A DNA stretch of 64,000 bases from Amoebophrya sp. A120 (Eukaryota; Protista; Dinoflagellata). The notes under the pieces are model-generated. The model ran no database searches and had not been told where the DNA came from. It was given only the letters and a program-made list of their open reading frames with translations. The DNA lies in the NCBI GenBank assembly GCA_905178155.1, contig CAJINV010000008.1, forward strand, positions 744,001 through 808,000, written 5' to 3'. Made by a program: the position numbers and the translations under genes. Shown one piece after another: positions 24,618 through 37,800 of the stretch; positions within the stretch are counted from its first letter, which is position 1; every line of letters starts with the position of its first letter.

Positions 24618-27600
24618 ATGCAGGACCCAAAAGAGGTGTTTGGGATCTCTTCTCCCAGCGGACGGCGGTGGGCGGAATTGCTTGCAGACCGCAGCTACGA
24701 GCGGCGAAAGCAGGCCGCGAACGAGATCGCCACCGTGGTGGTCACAAGCGCAGTGAGCAGCGACGGAGTTGACGCGGGTGCGGAAGGTCGGGTGAAGACC
24801 CGTTTGTCCTTTCGCGAGGAGGCGGTGGCCTTTTTGCTGCGCTGCTGCCAGCAGCAGCCTGCGAGCGTTGTCAGCTTGGAGTACAGTCTGGACCCGGTTC
24901 GGTCGGAGTTGTTCCTCGCGGACCAACGGAAGGGCGCCTTAGTAGCGCTGGCGACGCTTGCTATCCGCGACGACGGGCCGACATCAACCGAGAACAAGAC
25001 TATAAGCAGTCGGCAGCTCCTGTACTACGATGAAACCCTGCTGCGCATTGTTTTGAACCCGGTGCTGTTTTCGCTACAGCACGACACAGAAGAGTCCGTG
25101 CGCGGGTTCGCCGCCGAGGCGTTGTTTAACCTGCTCCGGAAGTTCCGCGCACGCACACTGTTTTTCTTCACAGAAATGTTTCGCGCCGTCATGAACATGC
25201 TCGTGGTCGGGAGTTCTTCCAGTAGCTACACGAGTGGGGCTGGTCCCTCGCATCACCTCGCTTCGGGAGGTTCAGGACAGCAGCAGCTGAGCTCGTCTCA
25301 TCCACCCACCTCTGCAGGTGGGCCACCATCTTCGGCCGAAATGCTTCGGATGTCCTTCACTCCAGGGCTAGGGAATCTGGGCGACGCGGTGCACACGACG
25401 AGCAGCGCTAGCAACGCCAACAGTCTTGGTGCTCATCTCGACAAGCTTTTGCGGGACATTGTTTTTGAGGAGGGGGATGCTATGTACGCGCGGTGCCGAC
25501 AAGTGGTCCTGGATGTGATGCAAGAGCAGTGGAGCGGGGGCGCCGCGCCGCCCCGGAGCCCCGATTTTCTTGTGCGCTGGGTGCATGTCCTAGCGATGCA
25601 CACATCACAGAGGCTAAAAGCAAGCGCACGAAAGCGCGGCAGAGACGATGTTCGAGGACCACGCGACAGAAGTACAAGCAAGGACGCAGAGGCGTTTGCA
25701 AATAGTGATCAATTTATTTCCTCCGATCATCATGTTCCACCTTTCGCAGGGGCCTTGCCGTCGCTCATACCGTGCATCGCGCCCTTGGTACCGCTGCAAG
25801 AGCACTGCGTCAGTTCTTCGAGCCTGAACTCGGTGCTCGCCCTGTTCTACCACGCTTGCCCGGAGCTAGTGCGGACAGAGTATTGAGAGGAAAAATCCCC
25901 CCTCCCCATATCGAAAAGGTATCTTTCCGAAAATTTGCGTTGCTGATTTGAGGTCACAAATCACATTTGTCTTGCAAGAAGACAAGGGCAGAAGCTTCCG
26001 CCCCATTATGGAAGCGATTTGTCATGCTGTTGGGCCTAAAGGTCAGCCGTTTGCAATGCTGACCAACTAGATCCATACGCCCCTCCCTAGCCTGGGGACC
26101 TGGCCGCAATGCTTTCCTGCAATACAAATCTGATGTGTGTACGCAAATCCAGCATCACAGATTTCCTTTTTGATATGGGGAGGGGGGATTTTTCCTTTTC
26201 ATACAGAGGGATGTAACTTCTTGCGGGACCTCGTTCCGGTGTTGTTGGCGTACTTGGATGCAGTAGCTGATATGCTGAGTAAAAACGTCCCCACACCAGA
26301 GTTGTCATGCAGATTTGCAATGACAGGAACATTTGTAATGCGCATCGCCAGGAGAGGCATTTTTAGTCGTGTTTTGGAATTTGTAATGCTGTAAACAGGA
26401 TGAGCAGATGGATTTCTGATGCAGCTGGCCTTGCGAACCTGCACTACACTACGGACTGCAACTTGTGATGCGTGACCCCCAAAAGTTCTAGGTTTGTGTT
26501 GCAAAATCCCCATCTTGACTCTGGTGTGGGGATGTTTTTACTCAGGATAGCTGAGAACGCAAAGCTTATCTTTCAGATCGAGGACTACGAGGACGAAGAT
26601 CTTCACGATTTCGGAATGGACAACGATGTCTCCAGTACACCAGCTTCTACTTTGAAGATGAAACCTGTCACGAAGCTTGAAGTACAGCCTTGGGTGACGG
26701 CGGAAATTCGCCGGCGGTTGCTTCACGCACAGCAGCTACCACCGGTTGCAAGGGGTTTGTTTCAGGAAGAGGGACAGGCGGGGGGCGGCGCGGGAGGCGC
26801 TGCGTCGAGCGCGAGGCATGGCGAACTACGAGGGGCTGTCCTATACCCCGGGATAAACGTGTGGTGGAATCTGCTGTGGAAGGTGCTTGAGAGTCTCATG
26901 GAATCATCGACGGCAGAAGGAGAAGCGCCACACGCAGCGAAGATTTATTTCCGAGCAACTTTCCTGCCACGACTCGTCAAAATTCTTTGGAACCTCCAGA
27001 AGGTATTCCCAGCGTCCACCCCAATATTTGAGGAGATGACCTACTACCTGCTGGAAAGATCTTTCTCCGACGGTGATGACAATGCCCTTCGTATCAACTG
27101 GAACATACAGAAGACAAAAAGCTTTCTATCGCACCCGTACTGCTGCTGCCAGCGTCCGTTCATCATGCCGCAGAAGCTACTTCAAACATCGGTTTATTTC
27201 CGAATCTGGCTGCGATGCTTAGTTTTGTCGCTTGTCGGCATGTTGGCAGGGTGGAGGGAGTTATTGGCATGTTCGCTTGGTTTTTTCTGTTCTGTATAGG
27301 GAGTTGCGATAGTCAGTAGTTTTCAAGATGATTCTGCTACTGGGACGAGACGGTAAAAACTGGGACGCAGCGGACACTGCGAAAACAGATCGCAGTTCGT
27401 GGATCGACGATATCGCAGGATTGTCGTTGCGACACCTGGCCAAGTTCGCAGAATTGGGTCACGATATGATGGAGCACGAAATGGGCGCTCCGTCTTCCGC
27501 CGCCGGCGACCTTCGCCGGTCGGTGTTGCGGTGGCTAAAGGCCGTATTTCTGCACCAGCTTCGAATCCGTAGCGTAAGCGGAACGGAGAGGCCTCCTGCC

Positions 27601-29124
27601 TCCGCAGAAAATCAGCAAGAGTTTCTTTCCGCACTGAGTGAGCAGGTGCTCCCAGTGCTCTGCAGGTTGCTGGCTGCACATGTTTTGGACGACACTTTCG
27701 CCGGATTGATTTCGTTTCGCACGCGGAAAGCCGCAGGGTTCGAGCAAGGCTCTGCAGGTGGAAAGATCTCTTTTTGGGCGGCTTCTAGCCGGTCCTCAGC
27801 GGGGGCGTTGGACGACGTGGTTGCTCTGTTCGCCACTGTTTTTCCGTTGTTGGGCAAAACCGACCAGCAAGTCGTTGTCCTTCTGATGCTGCGGCTCACC
27901 CAGGCACAAGTGGCGACATTGTGGCGCGCCGCGGATGAGAGCGCTTGCCCGAGGCGCCTGCGCAAATTGCGCAGATTGCTTACAACGGCGCAAGCCGCTT
28001 ATACTATTTCGGGGGGTGTAATAAAAGCCGCAGAAGAAGATCGCGACCACCCTCATAATCCGGACGTCAACCGCGTTGGCGGGATAAGATCATCCACTCA
28101 ACAGGGAGAGGAAAGGGGTTTGCGAAATGTGGGCAAAAATCGCTTTGCCCAGGGCGCGGGCATTGCGGAAGATGAAAGATGTGACCCGGTGATGAATAAC
28201 TTCTGCTGGGTGCGCTTTCTCTTGGCAAGTTGCTCAGAAGTGGCGGTCTTCAACGGAATCGAGAGAAGTCACACTCACCGTCCGCGAGAAGAACACTTGT
28301 ATGCGCATTTCGCAGATCTGATTCTCGCTCAGGAGGCGGACACTGCTGCCGGGGGAGACGTCGACAACGAGGACCGCGAGATTCCTGCTGAGGGATTTCG
28401 TCCTCGTGACAAAATACAGGAGGAACGTGAGCGTCGCAGTCAGCAAGACGGAAGCACCAGCACTCTCAACAAAGACCCGGTAGCGCGACTCGGCCTTTAC
28501 CTGGAGCCCAACCACAGCCACGAGCAGTTTTTCAGAGCTGCTTCGCTGCTAAGTACCGACGAAAGTCTAGTTTCCTGCGTGGCCCACTGTCTTTTCACGT
28601 TGGACTGTTTGGACGCGCTGCGAGCGCGTCTTACCATCGACCATGATGCAGATGCGTTGCATCATCAGGAGGGACAAGAACAGGCCGACGACCCTCTGCG
28701 TTCAAAGCTGCGCCGAGTGTTTCTCTGCCGCGACCGGGAGCCGGCCACCGCGCTCGGGTATGCAGTTTTGTTTAGGGAGTACGACCGTGCACACGAACTG
28801 CTAGACGAGTATGTCAGGAACGAACTGCGGCGTGCGGAGAGACCACAGGAAGCCAACCCTATGCTTGCTAGTAACGAAAGGGATCGCAAGTGCCAGCATG
28901 CTTACTTTCTGCAACAGCTTCACAAGTTTGTGTTTTTATCCTTGGATTTTTCCGGTCCGAACGACAAGTGTGCGGCTTTCCGCACCAATCGCCAGCGGCT
29001 TGCTTTGCCGCAAGAATTTCCACTGCTGCGCCAGTTCTACCTGAAAATTGCCTCGATGTTGCCCGCCTACTCCGAGTCTGGGGCTCTGCTGGCAGAACGT
29101 CTTTGCGCTTTTGCGCCAAAGTAG
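24618..29124 (+). CDS. VAC14: VAC14-like HEAT-repeat scaffold of the PIKfyve/Fab1 complex
   Basis: LADRSYERRKQAANEI, RKGALVALA, VRGFAAEALFNL and C-terminal LQQLHKFV...MLPAYSESGALLAERL. Frames join after removing 25881-26208, 26271-26554 and 27091-27316. Confidence 0.8.
25881..26203. mobile_element. Introner, family B (323 nt), intron in VAC14
   Basis: TIR tattgagaggaaaaatcccccctccccatatc / gatatggggaggggggatttttccttttcata; TSD cagag. Removal gives ELVRTEGCNFLRD. Confidence 0.93.
26271..26549. mobile_element. Introner, family C (279 nt), intron in VAC14
   Basis: TIR tatgctgagtaaaaacgtccccacaccagagt / actctggtgtggggatgtttttactcaggata; TSD gctga. Removal gives LDAVAENAKLIFQ. Confidence 0.92.
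27091..27316 (+). other. GT-AG intron of VAC14 containing a decayed TAT...ATA inverted-repeat element (27092-27311)
   Basis: tatcaactggaacatacagaa versus ttctgtatagggagttgcgata is an imperfect IR. Removal gives ALLVFKMILLLG. Confidence 0.6.
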
Positions 29125-29707
29125 GACGTGGCGTCGACGTCGCGACCCCTCTGCGAGGACCCTTGATAGTTGTTTCGTGCGTAGTGCTCTCATTGGTGTA
29201 AATCAAGTTTACGGTGTGAAACGATTGGTTTGGCGTTCGATTTCTATACGCGGTGGATGTATGATGCGATTTTTCATCGCCTGTGTCAGGCGTGCCATCC
29301 TTCGTTTTGAGTCCACAGAAAGGACCAGTTTGGTTCAACGACAGGCATATCTACCGTCGATCTGTTTCGGTAAGTGTTTTCTTTTGAGAAAGAGAAACTG
29401 GTTTTGCAAAGAGAAACTTTTTTTAGGCTCACTCTGCGCGCGGCCCCGTGTCGTGACAGGCATAAATGAGTAGAGAGATGAAGGACAATAGCTAGCGCGT
29501 TATTGCTGCAGGTAGAAGCTGTGGTCATGAAGTGAGAGTAACATCAGCCGCGATGCGTGCGCGGTGGCGCCCGGATGATGTCATACATGAGGGGTAACAA
29601 GTATAGATTGATGTTGATATCGTCACTTTCAAAGTCGGAATAGAAATGTAAACTTCAAAATTCGGAGTTCCGGTTTGTGCTCGCTCCATCAACAGGCATC
29701 TTCTTCT

Positions 29708-30676
29708 ATGTCCGTGCAGCCGAGTCCGGAGCGGCACCGGCCGTTGACCGATGTGGAGCTGCGGTACGACGTGGAGAATCCGGCGCCGCCCGTGGTGCCC
29801 GAGTGCAGGTTTCGGAACGTGAACGACGACTTGGAGCTGGGCCCGGACGACGATATCAAGGAGCGCGGGGCCTCGGCGGCCTCGCTGTCGATGTCCTCGA
29901 AGTCCGCCTCCTCGTCCTCGCGCATGATTCACTCCGCGCTGGCGGCCGCGCAGCGGGCGCTGACGCCGCCCAAGTACAACCTGGACTACCACGCGTCGGA
30001 GAATTTCCCGAACTACCGGCAGGGGCAAACCCCGCCCCGCAGTGCGCACGGCACGCCCGTCAACGCCGGCACGCCGCGACAGGATCATGACCCGTTGTTC
30101 CGCGGTAGTTTCGAGGACCAGCACGGGGCGATGAACGGAGGACCGGGAGTCCTCCCGCCGCCGCCCCGGTCGAATTTGTTTGCCCACCTCCCGGTCGACC
30201 GCCGGAGCGCGCGAGGGAAAGAAGACAGCGAGCCCAGCAGTGACACGCCCATCCACACGCCCAGCGTCACGCCCCACGGCACCCCGCGGTCGGACATGAC
30301 CAACAAGGTGTTTTCCGCGGCCCGCCACGGCAAGCACAAGGTCGTGGAGGACTGCCTGCTCGCGGAAGAGGGGTACTTCGACCCTTTGACCACCGTCGAC
30401 CACCACGGAAACACCCTGTTCCACATCGCGTGTCAGAACGGGAACCGCAAAATCGGCAAGTTGGCAATCAAGTACGGCGGGAACATGGACGCGCAGAACT
30501 TGAAGGGCAACACGGGCCTGCACTTTCTGTACCAGTTCGGCTATGGAGAGATCGCAGAGTACTTCATTTCCAAGGGCGCCAACCCTAACGTGCAAAACCA
30601 GAAGGGCTTCCCCTGTTACCAGGGTTTCAAGGGCAACATCGGGACCGAAATAAGGGAGGAGGGAGGTGTGGGCTGA
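29708..30676 (+). CDS. Ankyrin-repeat protein
   Basis: VFSAARHGKHK, DHHGNTLFHIACQNG and QNLKGNTGLHFLYQFGYGEIAEYFISKGAN. Confidence 0.9.
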   Translation: MSVQPSPERHRPLTDVELRYDVENPAPPVVPECRFRNVNDDLELGPDDDIKERGASAASLSMSSKSASSSSRMIHSALAAAQRALTPPKYNLDYHASENFPNYRQGQTPPRSAHGTPVNAGTPRQDHDPLFRGSFEDQHGAMNGGPGVLPPPPRSNLFAHLPVDRRSARGKEDSEPSSDTPIHTPSVTPHGTPRSDMTNKVFSAARHGKHKVVEDCLLAEEGYFDPLTTVDHHGNTLFHIACQNGNRKIGKLAIKYGGNMDAQNLKGNTGLHFLYQFGYGEIAEYFISKGANPNVQNQKGFPCYQGFKGNIGTEIREEGGVG

Positions 30677-31865
30677 GTGCACAACTCTTGGCGACTGATT
30701 TGAGGTCCTATCAGTGTGACACGTAGTAGTCTGGTGATTGTGCTGATGCGCAGAACAAAAGAAACCACGGGACGAGATTTGAATCCGTCGAGCAGAAGAA
30801 GTACGAAATTATTTGCGCTAGAGGTACATGAAAGATTTACCGAGCAAGTATCTATTACTTCGCGACAGTGGCGCAAGCGGGCCGTGTAGGCCAGGCAGAG
30901 TCTTCGTACTGCCATCAAGTTCAGCATGAGCAAAGGATTGAGAAGATCATTGAAAGAATGTAAAATAAGACCACCTGCTGATCCATGTCGTGACAGATGC
31001 AGATCTCGCAGCGTGTGATTGTTGCTGCACAAAACTGAATCAACATAAGGCGCTCGTATCAAAGGTTCACGAAGATCCATAACGAAAGAGGCAAATACAC
31101 TCACCCTTTGATCCGAGGATGGAGAAATCATTCGTGAAGGCAGCAAATAAATGTCGTTTTCCGCAATGTCCACGTCATATGAAATGATCGCCGCATTCGA
31201 TGAAATGAAAATCGATCCGAGTCATCCTTCTCTGTCGGTCACCAGTCTCTGGACGATCTAGACTTCGCTCGTGCTGCGTGCCATTTGCTGGATAATGATT
31301 CATATTCATTCACATAAGTACCTTCAGGCAGGTGGTAGGATCGGAAGACGGAGAGGCATGTTCTGTTTGTACACGTGAATTTTCCGACTTGTATGTAAAT
31401 CTACAACTTAACTATAGTACTACTTTAGTGATAGCTTGTTGGTAGCACCACTCCACTACCATTTTTACTTACTCGCAACAGCCTCCGCTATGAAAAATGG
31501 AGTCGACGATGGCCGCCTCTACCAGGACCCTGGTAGTGGACGGTTGTCTATCTCGATATAAGTAGGTTTTTTCACGACGGAATTATTGATTGACACTTTG
31601 CTCGCCTCACACGCTGCCTGTAGTCGCTGCCAGTAGAAGGAGCTGGCAGAGCGATTTCCCAATTTAGGGATCGCACATTTCTACAACTGAAGCTCCCCTT
31701 CTTTGGTTGACTCGGGTCCGATTCTGATTTGAAATGTTGCACTGACTAGCTACCGGAGCAGAATATTAGTTCAGTTGCCTTCGCTACTCTCGGCGGGTAT
31801 TTCGTACTCTCTTCAGGAGGAGGTCAATTACGAGTAGCGGAGCGACTGCAGCCGCGATCCCGATT

Positions 31866-34800
31866 ATGATGTACAGTGTGTCCTTCCTAGCTCCGGGCTT
31901 AGTGGCGGTCTATGTGGTCCTTGCGGTGCTGACGGCGCTCACACTGATTTTCCGGTACTTAGTTGCTGGGGGTCTGTTTCCGCGATGCTGTTCTGTTTTC
32001 GAGGAGAGCGTGCCAACAGCACTCGATGCTTCCGAGGAGGAAGCCGTTCTGGACCACTTTTGCAACGTCGAGTCGCAGGCTGCACCCCCGCGACCCGATG
32101 GGCAATCTACGCCGAATAATTCTCGAGAAAAAGAAGAAGCGCCTGCGCCGCGCACATCTCGGGACCAGGAAGAGGACTGTAGCCACCCAAGAAGTTCGAA
32201 AGATGTTGCCGACGCGATCGATGTTCGAAATAGCCGAACTACGGGAACTCTCGTGGCAGGGAAGCGGGAATCTTCGCTCAGCTCCAAAAGGAGAAACAGA
32301 GAGACCACGTCCAGGACCAGCGTCCCCGCGACCAGTTCTGATCTAGTACCCGCGGGGAGCAAAGGGGCGCCAACAGCGAAGTTTCTTGTGCAGATTGGGT
32401 ACCAATACAGCTGGTTCGGCACCGTCCTGTACACGTTGTGGGCGTCGATTCCCGTGCTCACGCAGCTTGTGTTGCTGCTGTGCTGCCTGTGCTTGATCGC
32501 GCCGTCGGAAAAGCTGGACGGCTGGCTCTGGCTAACCAACACGGTCTTCGATTTGAAGTTCTGTACGCAGGAGTTGCTACACCTCCGAGCGCGGGAGCAG
32601 GCATTGGGCGTCCCAATACCAGATTGGTGCACGGAAGACACGGGTGTCTCCTCGCAGAGCTTTACTTTTCGAAACTTGGGGGTGGTTTTTACGCTGTTCT
32701 GGCTGCTGTTCGTCGCGGTGGTGTTCCTGTTGGTTTCCGAGACGCTGCGTGCCCGGCTGTGGTTCGTGGTGCCTTGCGACCTACGCTCCTGCGACTTCGT
32801 GGTGGTAGAGGAGTGGGACGTCTGCGGACGAGATGAGAAAACGGTTTTGGACCACCTGGTTCAAAGGACGAGCCAAGAACTCCATAGTAGTCAGCTCCAC
32901 CAGTCCGGCAAAACCATAAATGATTGTGCTACTAAAACCGAATTGCTCGCCGCGGACGAGGATCTCGAACAGGGGGAAGCTCGCCACCGTACGACCAGCG
33001 AAGATGCCAAAAATCTTCGCGCAGCACCAGCGCAGGAAGGAAATGGTGTGTCAGTATTACCCAGCACGGCAGACAGAAGACATGCGCTGCACCGGGAGTT
33101 TTCAGCGCGACTGCTGGAACTGAGCACGGACCCGGTGGGCAGTTCTGCGGCATTCGAGGCAGTCGCGCCTGTTCGGAGCGGGGGCAAAAGTGCACCTTGG
33201 AGGGTGAAGCGACGGCAAGTGGGAGAGAACTGGCTCATGATCAAGCGGTTGGCTTACTCGATGGAGGCACAGACGCCGGAGGAGGAAGCGGAGCTAGGCC
33301 AGTACTTTTCCACGGTGAACAAGACCATTGACTCCCCGCGATTTTGCTGGTTCCGGTGCGTGCGGTTTCTTTACTGCCCGGAGCGGAACTGTTTCGTAGA
33401 GCCGGAAAACGAATTCCTGGACAAAGGCATGACCACGGCCGAAGTGCGGTGCGTCTACGAGGAAATCGAGCCCTGTGACCGCGTTGAAAGGCACTGCGAC
33501 GCTCTTTCCGAAGATGCCGTGCGGCCGTTGCGGTGGACATCGCCTCCTGCGGAGAAAACTCCTAGTGCCTCGCCGGCGGGACATCTTCGAAACCCGAGAA
33601 ATGATTGTGCGTATGAGCAGTGCGGCGCACGCTCCAATGACGGTTCTCCCGCACCGCGCGTTATCGAGCCGAGCACGGTTGGTACGGCCCACAAACGACC
33701 GAACAGTAGGTTCCTGAGCACCAAGAAGTACGACATCCACGGCGAGAACACGATTGAAGTTGAGGCGGCGGACCTGCCGTACTTCTTGCGGCTGGAGTTT
33801 CTAGACTTTCCGACAATTTTCCAGCTGCACTGTCTCTGGGGCTCCAGCATCTTCTCGAACTACATCCTGGCGATTGTCAATCTCACCCTCTGCCTTATCT
33901 TCGGCTGCATGAACGCATGGAACACGCGGCAGAGCCACCTGGAGATGCAGGAATTGGTGGCCAGCAACGGCAGTGACCCGGTTCGAGTCTTCCGGTACAA
34001 CTTTCCCAGCGCCCGAGCGCAAGCCCGCGGAGGAAATGGGCAACATCCTAATCAGCAGGCGCAGATGTGGTCACCTTTGCGGTCCACCCCAGACGCCGAG
34101 GCGGCCGGAGAAGGAGACGGGGGCGGACTGCTGACCACACCGACAAAAACTAGCTACAACTTGGCCGCACCACAACCGCCACAATCCGAAAGGGATAATT
34201 ACACTTCGCCGCCCCCATCCGCGCAGCGCGGGGGGAACAATCTGCAGTACAGCGATGCAGGGACGACATCAATGTGCCCGGTGCAGAAGCGCGTGACGCG
34301 TCGCCTGCGGCTGAGTGGAACGACACGGCGGAACAGTCGCCAGGAGTTCTCGGTGCTAGAGGAGTCCGAGGAATACTTTTCCGCCAGCTTTGACATTGCC
34401 ACCACGGAAGCGGGCAAGCTCGTTCCAGGAGACCTGATCGAGATCGACGCCGCGCAAACGGTGCCCTGCGACTGCGTCGTGTTGCATGGCGCCGTTGTCG
34501 TGAATGAGAGCAATCTGACCGGGGAAGCCATGCCCATCCAGAAATTCGCACTGGAGGAGACCGAGGAGGAGATGTGCCTGGAAAAGCACGGCAAGAAAAA
34601 CATCCTTTACGCCGGCACCAGCGTGATGCAGAGTCAGCGAAAGGAATCAGCTGCCGAGCGGCAGCACGGGAACAACAGTGCTCGTTTCCGACAGGAACGT
34701 AGCACAGCAAGGAACTTGCCCGGCTGTATAATTAGTGCCGCACCAGCACAAACAGCATCACTTCACGGCTCTACCACGACAGCCGACGACGCCAGAGGCG

Positions 34801-37800
34801 GCGATGTAGCGGACCAGTTGGGTGGAGCGTTCTCTGGACCGCCTCCTGCCATCGCGGTGGTACTGGCGACAGGGGCCCAGACCGTGAAGGGCCAGATGAT
34901 TCGCCGGATCTTGTACGCGCCTGAAGTGCGGTTCGAGCTGTACGACAGTCTGCCGTACGCGATGCTACTGGTGGGGACGGTCTGCTTCTTCCTCCTGTTC
35001 GTGGCGGTGTTTGCGCAGCCGCAGTGGCAGCTGCTGCTGGTGAGTTACTTTTTCGACAGCATCTGCGCGTTCTCCCGGATCATCTCGCCCCTGATTCGCG
35101 TGGGCTTCAAAATCGCGCAGCGCAGCGCCGCGAACCGCATGAAGAGCGGTCCGCACTGCATCCAGTCGCTCGACTACTCACGCATCCCGGTGGCGGGAAA
35201 GCTGGAGGTACAGTGCTTCGACAAGACCGGCACCCTCACCGAGGAGAGCCTCGATTTCTACGGTGTGGAGCTCGTTGCAAAGACGACAAGCAAAGGAGAA
35301 AAAGGTGAAGAGTCAAGCCGCGGCGCTTTATCGACGGAGACGACTCCTTCTGTTACCGGACAAGGGACGGTGGATATACCGTCTTCGCAAATTATGTTCT
35401 CGCAGAGGAACAATGTCCAGGGAGCAGCAAATGCGGCAAAGAATGACTGGACTGGACTGCAGCGCAACGACGCCCGGGGGTGCACAACAGTGGAGGATTT
35501 TGAGCATCTGCTTGACCTCGCTGCCTCCACCTGTCACACCGTTACCCGGCTGAAGGCCGACAACTCCTTGGCGGGAAACAAAGTAGAGTGTGAGCTTGTG
35601 AGCCACTACAACGTAGATTTTCGGCCGCCAAGCGAGAGCGACAGCGTGCCCGCGCCGCCGCGTGTGGGGGATGTTGTACTTCCAGATCCTTCATCCCTGA
35701 AGAATTACGGAGTACAAACAGTGTCCGCTTCATCTCGTACAGCAGGTTCTTTGTCTTTCGGCGCGCAGCAAGGCGGTGAAGTTGTAGATGTCCTCGGCGC
35801 CGAGCCGGGCTCTTCGGCGTGGAATCGCGTGGAGGTGCCAGGGTGTCTCCTGGAGTATCGATTGCGCAACCGAGTGGTGGCGCGCACCGTGCGTCAGTTC
35901 GAGTTCGATCAGAAGATCCAGCTGCAGAGTGTGGTCGTGGACCATACCCGGTCGGGACAACGCTTCCTATTCACGAAGGGATCGCCCGCCAAGGTCGCGG
36001 CCCGGTGCCTGCCGCACACCCTCCCCGCGAACTTCGCCGAGCACGTGCGCAGCGTGGCGCGCAGTGGCTACTACGTGCTTGCTGTGGCCTGTCGGCCGCT
36101 TGGAAAGTGGTCCGCAGGTGATGCGGAGCCAGCAGCTTCTGGCAACCGGCAAGACCGCCCTGATCATCTTCCTGCAGGGGATCTGAGCTCTGCATCTGCT
36201 CTATCAACACTGTCGACATCTTCAACGTCCTCGACGAGTCGGATTCCACCCTTTCAGGGCCGCGGGGCGGGGCAATTGTGCAGTCTCCTGTCAACGGTTG
36301 AGGAGCACGAAGTGTTGCTGACCGAAAATCCGCGCACGGCGCCTCGAGACCTGCTGGAGCGAGATTTGCAGTTCCTTGGACTGCTCTACTTCCGGAACGC
36401 GGTGAAGCGCTGCACTGCCAGCGCCATCAGCGAATTGCGACGTGGAGGCGTGCGCAGTGTGATGATCACGGGCGACAATGTCTGGAATGCCATGCACATC
36501 GCCAAAAAAACGGGAATAGTCGTGCCAGTGCCAACTTCCGCGTCAGGCTGCGTGGACCAGCAGCCGGCGGCCAGCGCACAAGCTGCAGGAGGAGCACAAG
36601 GGGAACTACTACACGGAGGCACCACCCGACTTGCTTGCGACGTCATTCTTGGCGATATCGTTAACGCGCCCGTGTTGACTAAGGGAAGTACCACTACTAG
36701 CGGTGCTGCCACTTCAGAATCACAACAAAACGCGAACTCGGGGCCCAAGCTTGTTTGGACGCGAGAAGTGTCGCATCGCAAACTGGTGTCACCGACCTCG
36801 TGCTGTTCCTCCGCGACGGAAGACTTCGACGACGACGCTAGGAAACCGCTGCTGCAGCACGGAGACCACTCGGAGGCCACAGGGCCGCAAGAAGCCGATG
36901 AGTACACGAGCCGTGTGCTGTCCAAATCTGACGTACTAGACTTGGTGCACATGGAAGAAGATGAAAAACACGGCCGGGCTGAGTCGTGGTCAAAGAGAAG
37001 AACCGCACGAAATTTTAACGGCCGAGCGCAAAAACCGCAGTCAAATTCGTGTGATGCCAGTCCGGTGTTCGCGCTTTCTCAAGCGGCATTCACCCATTTG
37101 GCTGAGACCGACCCGGGTTTTCTAGACGAAATTTTTCCGAAAGTTCTCATCTTCGGAAGCATGAGCCCCAGCGGAAAGGTGGACGTCATCAGAAATTGGA
37201 AAAAACGCGGCGTGGTGGTAGGCATGTGCGGCGACGGCGGAAACGACTGCGCAGCACTGAAGATGGCGCACGTCGGCGTGGCGCTCGTCCCCGCCGACGG
37301 CCGGACCACAGAAGTTTCCATCGTCGCACCCTTTTCGGCCAGCGCGAGATCATCTTCTGATAAGGCATCTTCCCACGACGACGTGCACAGCAAATCGGAC
37401 GCTGGTGATCCTGTCCGAGCCAGCAGCAACAAAATTTTTGCCGACGTGTCGATCCATGCGGTGGTGGAGCTGCTGAAGGAGGGTCGCTGTGCGCTCGAGA
37501 ACTGCGTGGCGTGTTACAAGTTTTTCCTGTACTACGGCATCCTATCCGCGATCTCGAAGATGCTGCTGAAGCCCCAGCTGAGCTACTACAGCGAGCTGCA
37601 CTTCTTCTTCCAGGACGCGATTTTCTTGGTGCTGGTCACCTACGCCTTGGCGTCCAACCAGCCGCACAAGTTCCTCAGTGCCTGCACGCCCTGCGGCAAC
37701 GTGCTGCAATGGCCGATCCTGCTGGACATTTCCCTGCCCGTCGTGTTCCAGACCGCCGCCTTGCTGGCGTCGTACGCAGTGCTGGAGGCCCAGTCCTGGT

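Noticed and set aside
29525-30682. Long minus-strand ORFs (also 46915-47979, 61919-62887, 17939-18703)
   Set aside because: They are antisense shadows of GC3-rich plus-strand genes with no protein motifs.
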